A stretch of DNA of 64,000 bases from Lophium mytilinum (Eukaryota): assembly GCA_010093605.1 (NCBI GenBank), contig MU004190.1, positions 806,001-870,000 of the forward strand, given 5' to 3'. The position numbers and the translations under genes were made by a program. Of the stretch, positions 1 to 12,400 are shown one piece after another. Numbering within the stretch: position 1 is the first letter of the stretch; each line of letters opens with the position of its first letter. Under the pieces are notes generated by a model. That model worked only from the letters and a program-made list of their open reading frames with translations, was not told the DNA's origin and searched no databases.

Positions 1-850
1 AGTAGCTAGAGCCGCTAGATATATAATTTAAGGTCTAATAGCTAAAGCTACTATATATATAAGAAAAAGCCCCTAAATTTCTCTATAGCCTTATAAGCCC
101 TGCTAGAGAGATAGGAAACTACTATATAGTACTTAGAGATAGCTATATCTATTATAATATATTAGAGGGTAATACCTGCTTTATAAAGGTTCTTTTTTTA
201 CTATACCTAAAAGTAATCTTACTAAGGTTATAATAACTAAGAGATTATTATCTACTTATATAAAAGCGCTAGCTTAAAGAACCTAATAGATTACGCCTAA
301 CTATAAAGCCTAGTAACCCTAAGCTAATATATATTATTAAATTTACCCTCTAGTAGAATAACCCCTTTAAGGTAATCTAGCGCCTATATAGCGGCTTTTA
401 ACCGCTGCATTTCTATCTCTAGATAGTAACCTAGCGCCTATAGATAGACTAACTAACTAACTAACTATAGTAAGGCTGTAACTAACTAACTACTTACTAT
501 AAAGCTACTAGTATAGGTAGAAAGGCGGTATTACTTACCTAAATTATAGTAATAGAGGACTTACTATATACTTATAATTATAAGAGAGGATAGGCTAGGC
601 GGGCTATATACTAGGTAGAACTATAGCCCCTAGTAGGTGTAGACGGCGGCGGATTTTATATATTATTATAGTTTCTCTCTTTTACCTAGGCCCCTATAGG
701 TAACCTACGGGCATTTGCACTACCTCTAGCCTCTACCACTAGCTTGCTTAAGGCCGGCGGCGCGCTGCGCAGGCTCTACTTGCCCTAAGTTGCTACGGGG
801 CCGCTGGGCCCTTATGTATATACTTAGGTGGAACCTACTCCTTAGGGCCT
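1..850. mobile_element. RIP-degraded repeat/transposon remnant (truncated by window edge; family unassigned)
   Basis: Very AT-rich, with abundant TpA and scarce CpA/TpG, and no ORF; composition returns to normal at roughly 800-900. The right boundary is approximate. Confidence 0.75.
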
Positions 851-1077
851 TGGAACCCCGGGGCAGCGGCGCAAGGGCAGGAATTTAGGCACTGGACCGC
901 CCAAAGATTTGGGCGCTCACGTGCCTAAATACCCCACCCCCGCCGGCTGAAAGGCCACGCGGTATGCGCCTTCGGCGCGTTTCATCCGCAATATGAATGA
1001 ACCAACCAACCAACCAGCTGCACGATAATAATCGGTTTCCCTAGCTCTGACTTTAACACTTCCACTACCATCCAGGA

Positions 1078-2814
1078 ATGCCGTCCCTCGAATATCCACG
1101 CTTCCTTAACGTCCTCGTCGCCGCCACCTCGCCCACCACCCACAACTTTGCCCAGGACGTCTTCAAACGCACCTCCTCCCTTGATCATGTCCGGTCCCGC
1201 ACCATTGTCTGTCTCGACCAGAAGTCCTACCCCACGAACCCCTTCCTAGCCGCCGACTACTACCACGATGGCCTCACCCAGGCCTCTGAAGACATTGCCC
1301 GAGGGCACCAGAAGGCCGCCGAGCTGTGTGCATGGGCTGATCTGCTCATTCTTGCCCCGATGACAGCAGACGATCTCGCACGAATGCTCCACGGCCTGAC
1401 CAACAACCTGCACTTGGGCATTTTAAGGAGCTGGGATGTGTCGAAGAAGATACTGCTCATTCCGGCCATGTCCACCCTCATGTGGGAGAATCCCATGACC
1501 AAGAAGCAGCTCAGCAAAATCCGGAGAAAGTGGAACTGGATACGCGTGTTGCAGCCGCTACTGTGGACTTTTGAGTCGAAAGTTCGCAAAGACCTTCCGT
1601 GGGATGGCGTTGATGGCTTGATTGAGTCCGTCCAAACTCAGGTCGATTTGATGACTGTGGGCAGAGACGTCGAACATGTGGCAATGCCGCTCACGCAGGC
1701 CTTTAAACCAAACGCAAAGCCCGGCCCAGTCCTCCCGCCGGAACTATGGTCTATCATTCTGGATTACACCGGTGACTGGGAGTTAGCAACGGCACTAAAC
1801 ATTCACACAAAAGTATCAACCCCATCGGAGTGGAGGCAAGCGAGTAGCGAAGCCGGACCACAAACCCCCATGGAGAAACTTGAATGGATTCTCCTCATTG
1901 GTACCCTTAGTGAAGTCAAGGCCCTGCTTGCAGCAGACAAGCCGCGACGTCTCTCCCGTCTGTGTATCAAGATCATGATGCGATTTGCTAAAGTCAACCT
2001 CCTCACCCACCTAGAGACTGCGCACCAGGAACTGTTCTGGTCCACCTTTGGGCACTCCTTCCTCCCAGTCAAGTCATCCTCTATCTTCGGTAAAGTTGAG
2101 ATACTAGAGTACTGGCGCACCTCTCCCTCCTTCCTCACGAAAGAATACTCCAACGAAGCCATGGACAACGCCAGTCGCGCCGGTTTTGTACACGTGCTTG
2201 AGTGGTGGTACAATTCCGGTCTATCACTCAAATACACCGAGGCTGCCCTAGAGCAAGCCAGCAGCCAAGGTCACATAGCCGTGCTTGAATGGTGGAAGCA
2301 GCACGGCCTCCACGAACGTGACTCCAAGTCTTCGTCCTCCCAATCTAGCTCCACTGCTAACACGGATGAAACTGATTGTTCGACTCGCGCACCTGTCCGC
2401 CTTAAAGTTGGGAAATCCATATCGTACGCTACGCAGTCTGGACATCTTCCAACTGTCCGCTGGTGGAGTGAGTCCGGCATCGCTTTTCCACATGAAGACA
2501 CTGTCGCCAAGCTAGCGTCAACCCACGGCCACGTCCATATCTTAGGCTTCTGGCGTAAGCTCCGCGGCGAAAAGATGCTTTTCGACAACCAGGTTCTTGT
2601 TGGCGCAACCAAAATGGGCCACGCCGATGTGCTTGAGTGGTGGAAGCGGAGTGGGCTGCGTGTCGAATATAAGACATGCGACATCGAGGAGGCGCTAGAA
2701 GACGGAGTCGAGGGCGACAAAGGGGAGAGGGTCAAGCGGTGGTGGGCGCGGAATGGGCTGAACTTAGGCGTTGCCACGAGCGAGTGGATGCGGACTAAGA
2801 TATTAGGAACTTGA
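1078..2814 (+). CDS. Flavoprotein (HFCD/PPC-decarboxylase-like) domain fused to ankyrin-like repeats, 578 aa
   Basis: Single ORF. WADLLILAPMTADDLARMLHG and PAMSTLMWENP match the Hal3/CoaC flavoprotein fold; C-terminal repeats of the form ASxxGHxxVLEWW are ankyrin-like. Confidence 0.85.
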   Translation: MPSLEYPRFLNVLVAATSPTTHNFAQDVFKRTSSLDHVRSRTIVCLDQKSYPTNPFLAADYYHDGLTQASEDIARGHQKAAELCAWADLLILAPMTADDLARMLHGLTNNLHLGILRSWDVSKKILLIPAMSTLMWENPMTKKQLSKIRRKWNWIRVLQPLLWTFESKVRKDLPWDGVDGLIESVQTQVDLMTVGRDVEHVAMPLTQAFKPNAKPGPVLPPELWSIILDYTGDWELATALNIHTKVSTPSEWRQASSEAGPQTPMEKLEWILLIGTLSEVKALLAADKPRRLSRLCIKIMMRFAKVNLLTHLETAHQELFWSTFGHSFLPVKSSSIFGKVEILEYWRTSPSFLTKEYSNEAMDNASRAGFVHVLEWWYNSGLSLKYTEAALEQASSQGHIAVLEWWKQHGLHERDSKSSSSQSSSTANTDETDCSTRAPVRLKVGKSISYATQSGHLPTVRWWSESGIAFPHEDTVAKLASTHGHVHILGFWRKLRGEKMLFDNQVLVGATKMGHADVLEWWKRSGLRVEYKTCDIEEALEDGVEGDKGERVKRWWARNGLNLGVATSEWMRTKILGT

Positions 2815-3471
2815 GGTTTGGAATGGTGTTTGGGGTTCTAGGTATAGACTGCATAAAGTCCTAAGCGTACGAGCATTGATAGTAATTTGAACCTACGGTA
2901 CCCCGAATAATTTTGACTCATTGTTAAGGTAACCTTGTACATACCTGATCTTACCTAGGTAACCCCGCAATGTTCTGCACACATTACAACCTCAACGGGT
3001 TAATCAGCAGGCTTATAGAAAAGATACCTTCATGATAGAATCAGTACGAACATGGAGTGGGGTTAGCACGTGCGATTCGTCGCGGCTTTGCGTGAACTAC
3101 TCTAAGGCTCTCTCAAGGCGCCCCTCCTGCCCCTCTATCACCATTAGATTCTAGCACCACTCCCTCTGCTGCGACTGTATCGTGTTATAACATGTATTGA
3201 TATCAAGACATTCATCTTGCATCCTAGCCCTCCTCAAATCCCTCTTAAGCCCGGAATACCGCGCGTTCGCCATTCCTCCCAGCAAAACCTCCGGCATCGG
3301 GCGGAATAAAAGCAGCACCACGCGCGCGCCGCGGAGCCTCCCGACGTTCCACACCACCAACGCACGTCTTTGTTCGATCTGCACTGGCACCCTGCAACGC
3401 TAGAGCATTATACACATCAAACTTCTCGTCGATCGCATAGACCTGCTGGCTGCTTACCACTCTTTTTGATC

Positions 3472-5297
3472 ATGGCTGATGACTCGGTACCTGCAGGAGC
3501 GCTGCAGCAAGAACAGGGGAGTGATTTGCTCGAGGCGGTAGGTCAAAGTCCCGGAATAGGTAGGGGTCTGGAACTGACTTGGCGGTGATTAGTATACCTC
3601 ACAGTCGGAGTCGGATGTGGATTCGGCCTATAATGATATGTATGTTTTTATTCTACTTGTTCTAGTCTTGAAGACTCTGTAAATCGAGATGTGGTACTGA
3701 CATCAGCCTACACAGCGTCTCCGAAACGGCGTCTGTGACGTCTTCAATCCTCGCTGGGAAGTTCGAAAATGGACGGAGGTATCATGCGGTATGTGATGCC
3801 TTCGAATTATACACAAATAGTCAAAAGAGCAGACTTTGCTGACTGTGTACGTGCTTGTAGTATGGACAGCAAGGCAAATATGCTCCGACTTCATGGATCC
3901 CCTGTATTTGGCTGACATTAATTGCTTAGAGTATATGTTCCCAGATGATGAGGTTAGCTAGAGACGTCTCTATTTTTGGAAACCTACTTTGCTAACAGTA
4001 TCATATGTAGCAAGAGCAAGATCGGTAAGCAACGTGGTATACACCTGCGCTTATAACTTTTCCTAACCGTCGCACGAGCCTGGACATCAAATACGCATCG
4101 ATAAATTTAGTGTTTGGTCAAGGAACGGACGGAACGCTGTTTGCTCCAGTCAAGGATCCGCAAACCATCCTAGATATTGGGACGGGGACAGGTATGTTCA
4201 GCGATGTATAGCTCCAATGTACATGTTCAATTCTGACTCGGGGCAGGAATCTGGGCAATCGACTGCGGTGAGTGATCCCGTGTCATTGTCTATAGTGTCT
4301 GACAGCCGAAGGTGAGGAGTACCCAGGAGCTACTGGTAAGTGCATGCTGAGCTTGCAATCCCATCACTTAGGGATCAGAATGCTGAGTCCCAGCTATTAC
4401 TAGTATATGCAACAGACCTGAGTCCAATTCAACCCGCATGGTTTGTACCCATCTACTACCTTCCTTTGATCGTCTGTAGACTAAGCCTAAAACAGGGTGC
4501 CACCGAACGTCAAGGTACATTCATACTACTTCACTCCGACGGTAGGGCCATGCTAATCTCGCCAACCCAAAAGTTTGAAATCGACGACGCGGAAAAGCCA
4601 TGGACCTTCGACCCAAACTTCTTCGACGTCGTCCACACGCGGACCATGACAGGCTGCATCCGAGACTGGCAAAGACTCGCTCAACAAGCCTTCGTGTACG
4701 TAGTCCCCCTTCAAACGAATATCGTCCCTCTCCCCCGAAAACAGCCTACTCACGAAACCCCCCAAGCCACATCAAACCCGGCGGCTACTTAGAATGCCAA
4801 GAAATGGACTACATGACCGTCGTTCAATCCGACTCCCAAAACCCAGGCGAAGCCATACTCCTCTGGTGCAAGCAGCAAGGCGAAGCCGCCGCCAAAGCCG
4901 GCATCTCCCTGCGCACATCCACCAGCTACCTCAAAACGCTCATGGAGAGCGTTGGCTTCGTCGACGTCGTCACGCGCGAATTCAAACTCCCGATTGGGCC
5001 GTGGGCATCGGACAGGACGCTGCGGAATGCGGGCTTGTTGCAGATGAGCGCGATGCTGGAGGGCATGGAGGGGATTAGCTTGAGGCTGTTTACGCATTAT
5101 ACGAATTGGACGCTGGAGGAGCTGCACGTGCTGCTGGCGAAGTGTAGGACGGAGATTAAGGATAAGCGGTTGCATGCTTATTGGACGCTGTGAGTTTTAT
5201 GTTAACCCCCCCCCCGGGGTTTCTGACTGGCGTGAGGTGGTGAGAGAGTGCTGATGGTGCGCGCAGACCAGTCGTCTATGGGCGGAAACCAGAGTAG
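3472..5297 (+). CDS. SAM-dependent methyltransferase (LaeA-like/TAM family), about 14 exons
   Basis: Spliced translation gives [76 protein letters not shown] and VVYGRKPE*. ATG at 3472, TAG at 5295-5297. Confidence 0.9.
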
Positions 5298-8200
5298 CAC
5301 ATTTGCACCTTCAGAGTTCTTGGCAGGAAGGGTATGGGAACGGTCTTAGTTGTCTATTCTCTTTTTCAACGGTGTGCAAGTTACGACGATGTAAAACCGG
5401 TTAACAAAACAATATAGACGTTTGTGTATCTTTGTAACTTCAAAATCGATTTGATGATTCATTGGCCCCTTTCCTATGCGTTCTCCTTATCCTACTCCGC
5501 CTCTATACGCTCCTCCCTCCGAGATCGCTTCTATGCTCCGTCCCCTCCTTCGCTGCTGTATCGCCCGCCTCGCAATGCGGCTTGCTCGGATTGCGATCCC
5601 AATCTCTGAAAATGACATATACAATAGTGCTAATTGGTACCAATATAGACTTACTCCATCCGCTCAGTCCAGACCTAATCCACGAAATCCGACATCAGCA
5701 TACCTGTCGGTAATACTTCTTGATGCTTTACTCTTTTGGAGGCCTGGGTTCATCGTGATGCTATCTCTTGTAGTAATTGCACGCAACATTTGGTTTCTAG
5801 CGCCTACAAACATCCGCCAAGCTTAGACCAGGGCGTTTACGATGTACGTGTGACACGAGTGTTGGGTACTAGCTCGGCTGCCGTCGATGCATCTAGCGAC
5901 TCAAGGGGTATCTTCAATTCTGTGATTTGGTTTACGTTGCCTAGTAGTGTGTATGCTAAGATAGGTCCGATTGAGAGTGCCGGTCAATTGTATACCAAAA
6001 TCAAGTCGAAATCGCACGGACTCGCTCCCGTTTATACATCTCGCGACATCAAGATAAACAGATTTTTGCGACCTGATTCAGAGCTTCGGTGAAGAATCAG
6101 TTGAGATTGAGTGCAGATCGGACGGAATAGCTCTCCTTTGTGGATACCCCTCGATATATTGAAAGTACCCTCCAGTGCGAGGTATGTTTTGTAGCGTCGC
6201 GGAACTCATATCTTCGAATTGGAACGACGGTTAAGTCGTAGTAGTGTGATCCAGTCGCGATGATTAAAAGGTACTGATGCAGTGAATGCACATCGCGCAG
6301 AAACAATCCATCTTACCCCTTTTCAGCTGGACGAGACCACCACAGCATCTCGGAAACGTCCTCACAGCCTGGTCGCCAAGGCGATCTTCCCGACCTCTCC
6401 AACTTTCTTTTCTCATCCCGAGATCATGCGTCAAGCATGCACTCCACCATCCGCTCTATTTCAGACATCCGCGATGCGATTTGTCTGGCCTAGCCCTTCA
6501 CGGTGAAAGTCTTCTGTGGAAGTGCCGAGGGAGGTAGATAGTCTCACACCTCCGATGTGCTTACAGCATGAGAATAGATCTTAGAAGAGGTTCCATGGTA
6601 CTGGAAACGCAGGACTGGGCTAGGCGAGAATTGAGGTGTCGGGATCGTTCCGGAAGCAGGTTTGCAAAGATGTCGGTTTGATGGTGCGCGCACGCGAGTG
6701 GCTATGTCTGGCTCCGGAGATCGTGATTGATGTGTTCAAGTATGGGTTGCCGGTACCAGGGCCATGGTCATGAACGGGGTTCGAGGGGAAGTAGGTGGGT
6801 CTTCGAGTCCGCTGGGACGGGAACCACGTTTGGATGGCCAGCTTTGGCTGCGCCGCGAGACCTCAAGCCCCCTGTCATCAGATTTACGGTTGTTAGGATT
6901 GTACCGAAGATTTGTTTTCGAACCCGAGCCAGTGGTGGCGGATTTGCCTTGCGTTGGTTATCGTGGAACGAGGATGCGGAGCGGTCTAAGCCCTCTCTGC
7001 AAGGATGGATGTCAGTTATGATGTGGCGAGGTTGCAGGAGGTGGGGTGGTGGATCGATCATGGGATAGATCTAGCGGAATGGCATTTGTGAGGGGCCTGG
7101 GATCGAGGCGAAGACGGAGACGAAAATGATCAGATGATGAGAGGGCGATGCTTGAAGGCTGGGAAGACGTGCATGGAATGGTAGGACAGTATCTCCATGT
7201 TTCAAGGCTGTGATACAGCATGGCACGCATTCAAGACGCCGGGGAATTGGAAAAGCGTGAGGCTTTTCCTTTCTAAAAAGACGAGGAGATGAAGGGGGGT
7301 CGGGTACAAATTGATCAAAAGAGGAGGAAGTCTTTCTTTGATGCACGATGGTAATTCATTCAATCCGGTTCGACTGCTTGGTACATTCTTTGGATCCCTT
7401 GTCTTCCTGTGTCTTCGCATGTCTAAACCATGCTCATGTCTTAGATCTGGGAGCAACTGCGTGAAATATGAAGCAAGCTGCCTTCATCGTGCCCCTCCCG
7501 GCCTAGAATCGGAAGAGCTGTAGGTAGTAGAACCTGGCTTCGGTAGCAGCGAGGTACGGCAAAGCAAGGCACGGCTAAGCGCGGTGAAGCTACTGTACGA
7601 ACAGCTTTGTCACAGGCTGTGGGCTGTACGTAGATATATGTGGCTGCTGCTGTCAGCGATTACGAGTGCCGACCGTTATGTGTCAATGTGACAGTGCCAA
7701 AGAGTACCAACAGCGGGGTGCTGAGAAGGCGTCAATGCACACCGCAAGATGCAGCTTTCCGTCTTGAGCAAGTGCCGACTTATTGCGCTCAGAAGCTGCT
7801 GTTGTGGCGGATACCTGCGTCCTGGAAGACAGTCCTAGACGAATGGACAAGCGCCGTGGTTGTGGGTTCCGATTTCTCGTTCATGCGGCGTTCTGGGTGG
7901 CTACATGTTGTGCTCTTGCATTAGGCAAGTTTGCTTGGATCGGAACATACCGCCGTTTATGTGCGAGTTGCTGGATGCATGCGAGTATGGCCAATGATGG
8001 CGGTCAAGGTCTAGAAAAGTCGCGCCATGTGGTATTGATGCTCTCCAGCCCTGTTTGTGGACAAGTTTCAGCTTCGCATTTATTGTAGGGCGTCCACACA
8101 GCGCGTGGACAGTCTCGACAGTGTACGAAAGGATATACTCTAATGAGGATGATACACACGAGGGTTGGCCCGGAAGCGAGGGAACTACTGCCGACAGACC

Positions 8201-9466
8201 TCAGGCGCTCACAGCACCCCCATCCTACATGCCATATCTATCAGATCGATACTTGATGCATGCTCTATGCCCGGGGCTCAGCCAGCCTTATTCTTCCTCT
8301 GCATACACGAGCAGGCCCTTCGAGCAGCATCCCACGGGCGTCTTCGGATGGTTGCGGAGCAAAGAAGATCGCAATCAGATAGCTCCCGGTAGCTTTCAGC
8401 CCACGACAATCCCACCCCGAAGAGCCACCTCGCATCTTAACAAGGCGTCGTGGACAAATGAGGGCGCCCTCCCCTTTTCGGGCTTGGGGACGCGTCGTTG
8501 GTGCGCGGGAGAGGCCACGCCGCGTGCAGATCCAAATGCTTATCTACATCGACCCCTTACCCAAACCATATCCTGGCAAAGTAGTGATGTGCGACGGGAT
8601 AAGACAGAATAAGCCGGATTGAGGCTCATGCGAAGGAGGACCTGCGTTAGCTCAGGGAGAAAGGCAAGATCCGTGATGTTAAGGTCAGATCTACAATCAA
8701 AGCATCTTCTCACTCGTCCACTATAAAGCCGGAGGGGACCCGGCGGTGAATGTCTCAGCCTCAGCAACCCCCATTCACGCCCCCATGCCTCTCCCGCCGC
8801 TCAAGCGAGGCGCTAATATCGTGCACAGAGGATGCTGGGACGCACCGAACGCCTTGCATAGATGCATGCCGCAAATCGCCGACCTGAGCTCAACCTCAAC
8901 ATCCCTCATCCCTTCACCCATCCGAGCGCTGGGCCCGATCCAAGCGCTGGGACAGTCCGCTTGACCTCCACCCGGCGTCCATCCCGCTGGCGTATCTGAC
9001 GAATCCTGGAGAGGGCTGCGAAGCACCTTGCCAAATGCGGAACAATTGCTGCATGTCTCTCAGCGATACTTACCGTTCCAGCTGTTGTGACCGGGCTTTG
9101 CTCTGACTCTGCAGCAGCCAGCAACAGAGCAGCCTTGCTCCGGCCACGAGCCTTGAAATTTGACATGATATGAGCTGCCGTTCATCATTGTGGCTTTTCT
9201 AAGCCCCATTCAGCTAAAACGCCCAGTCTGAGATTATGCTCCACAGGGACATGTCTTCCCATGTCTTTATAACGCCTGCGTGCTCCCATCCTCGTGGTTC
9301 TTCTGTATCCTCCCTCTTGTGCCTATGTGGAACGTGGAGCTGTTTTTCTTCTTGTCCTTTTATGCACGCTCGTTAAGTGCTTTTTGAACTATTATATTGA
9401 TAATTCCCTCATCATTCGTTACTCTTACCCCCTCCCCAGCCCCTAAACAAGAATATAAAGTACACA

Positions 9467-12400
9467 ATGAGAGTCCTCAACTGGTCTCTCGCTTTTGCTG
9501 TCGCCGCTGCCATACCGGCACTGGCGTCTACGAGCCACGATGGATCTTGCGGGAACGGCGTCTCATGTATGGGATCAAACTTCGGAAACTGCTGTGGTCC
9601 CGACAACAAGTGCGGCGCTTCTGTTGATTTCTGTGGTTATGGATGCCAGACAGACTTCGGATGGTGTGACGGAACCAAGGGAAGGACTTCTCCGGATCGA
9701 ACATGCGGTGGAGATACCGGTTATCATTGCAAGGGCTCTAGATGGGGTGACTGCTGCAGCGAGTACGGCTACTGGTATGTGAAGACACTCCAACTGATCA
9801 TGAGAAGAAGTATCGAGTGGCTGTGAGAGCTGACCCTTTCCAGTGGATCGAGCAGCGCCCACTGTGGTACAGGATGTAGAGGCGGTTTCGGCATGTGCCA
9901 CGGTTCCGATAACTCTACTACCTCGAACAGCACAGTCAACCACACGACCAGCAGAGTAGATCGGAGGGACTCCCTACCGACACATCTTCCCCTCTCATGC
10001 CCAGGCTCTAATGGGACAATATTCACCGCCGCCAGTGGAGAAGTATTCAGAGTCGAGTGTGCTATTGACCACTATGGCGGAAACATCGAAGGAGACCTCA
10101 TATACACCGAAAGCTTGGAGAAGTGCATTGCAAAGTGCGACTCCAAGAAAGGATGCGTCGATGTTTCGTGGATCAAGGAGTCTGATCAGGGCCCTTGCTA
10201 CTTGAAGAAGTCTCTCGGGGATGCTGTCACGGCTTCAGACGTCTGGGGGGCCGTGAAGGTATATCCTGTCACTGTTTCTCCATCAGTCACGTCGTATGCC
10301 CTGCCGACGCCCACTGGCCTCAAGTGCCCCGAGGCAAACAACACTATCTACCAAGCCGATTGTGGCGCTGAATACTTGGTCCAGTGCTCAACCGATCATG
10401 CCGGAGGCGACATCTCTGGAGGCCCAGTCTACGTGGACAGTCTTGGTGCATGTGTGGCAAAGTGTGCAAAGCACCCGAAGTGCGTAGATGTTTCCTGGGT
10501 TTCAGGGTCCCCCGATGGCCCTTGCTACTTGAAGAAGTCTATCGGAAGTGCCTTGTCACGGACGAATGTCCACGGAGCCAAGCTGATCTCGAGTTGCACC
10601 AAGTCGTCGGCGCTACCAACCATCACCTCGTTGTCTAGTACATCTCTGAGTTTGTCGGTATCATCAATCAGCCTTACAACGCTATCGGCCACAAGCTTGT
10701 CTGTGTCATCGATCAGTCTTTCCACACCATCTGCCACCACCCTGTCAGTGTCATCGCTCAGCCTGTCAACACCTTCGGCCACCAGTCTGTCTTCTATCAG
10801 CCTCTCCCTGTCATCTATCAGTATATCGACACCGTCCACTACTGTCTCCTCGATCAGCCTGTCTTCGATCAGTGTCTCCACTCCATCACTTTCTAGCTTG
10901 TCGGTGTCTTCATACAGCGTGTCAACTCCGTCGATCACGAGTCTATCATCTGCCAGCTTATCTGTGTCCTCTGTCAATGTGACAACACCTTCGATCACCA
11001 GCGTCTCGTCAATCAGCATATCTGTGTCCTCGGTCAATATTACGACACCTTCTATTACCAGTGTCTCGTCATTGAGCATCTCCGTGTCCTCGGCCAATAT
11101 TACAACCCCTTCGATCACTAGCGTCCCGTCCCTTACCGTATCCGAGATTTCAGTGAATGCTTCAACTGTTTCTCTCAATATCTCCACGGTTTCGCCTAGC
11201 TCCTCATCGGTCCCACTCAATACGTCTAGTATTTCGGTGTCTAGCGTCTCTTTGACCTCGTTGCTCACTCTTACTACGTCTGCAGTTGCGAACTCGTCAA
11301 GCCACGCGTCTTCAACGATTTCGAACAGTGCCAATCTGACCACATCGGCCGCGTCTTCAACGATCTCCAACAGTGCCAATTTGACAACGTCCGCTGCCTC
11401 GTCGGGATTCTCGAATAGTGCTAATCTGACCACCTCCGGTGCTTCTTCAACTATCACTAACAGTGCAAACCTCACATCTACCGTCAGCACCACGACAAAT
11501 GCGACAAGTACCAGCTCCAAAGCTTGCACCACTGCAGCAAGCCCTACCGCGTCTTGCGTTCCTTGTGACGGCCAAGGAGGAAGCCTGCCTTACTGCGGCG
11601 CCGACATCAGCACGGATTACTACAAGTTCACCCCTAAGACATGCAACACGGTCACCTACAACTTCGACATTACGAATACCACGTTGTCGCCCGATGGAAT
11701 GGAACGAATTGTGCTACTTGTGAACGGTCAAATGCCCGGTCCTACTATCGAAGCCAACTGGGGCGATACTATCGTCGTCACGGTCAACAACAAGCTCCAG
11801 AATAACGGCACCAGCATCCACTTCCACGGAGCGCGTCAAAATTACACAAACGAATACGACGGAGTTCCATCCATCACGCAGTGTCCGATCGCCCCGGGCG
11901 AGTCTATGACCTATACATTCATTGCTTCGAACTACGGTACTTCGTGGTATCACTCCCATTTCGCCATACAAGCCTGGGAAGGTGTCTTCGGACCGATGAT
12001 CATTCACGGCCCTACTTCACAGGATTTCGACGTTGATGCCGGTACTATCATGCTTCAAGACTGGACGCACGTGACGGTGGACTCCATGTACGACGCTGCG
12101 CAAGATGCTGTCAATGGTGGACCTCGCACTATGGACAATGGCCTTATTAATGGTGTGAATACTTGGGGAGCTGATGGCACGAGCAACCAGACTGGTTCAC
12201 GTTTCGAGTTGTCGACCAAGTTTGTCTCCGGCCAGAGTTACCTCCTTCGCATCGTCAACGTTGCCATCCAGTCTACCTACAAGTTTTACCTAGATGGCCA
12301 CTCGTTGACTGTCATATCCATGGACTATGTACCGATCACGCCCTACAAGACCGATATTTTGAACATCAACATTGGTAAGTCTTTACTTTTAAATGGACAG

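Noticed and set aside
5400..9400. Numerous short ORFs upstream of the laccase
   Set aside because: No recognisable motifs or consistent exon chains; treated as a long intergenic/regulatory region.
10525..11532. 335-aa minus-strand ORF
   Set aside because: Antisense shadow of the low-complexity Ser/Thr linker of the laccase.
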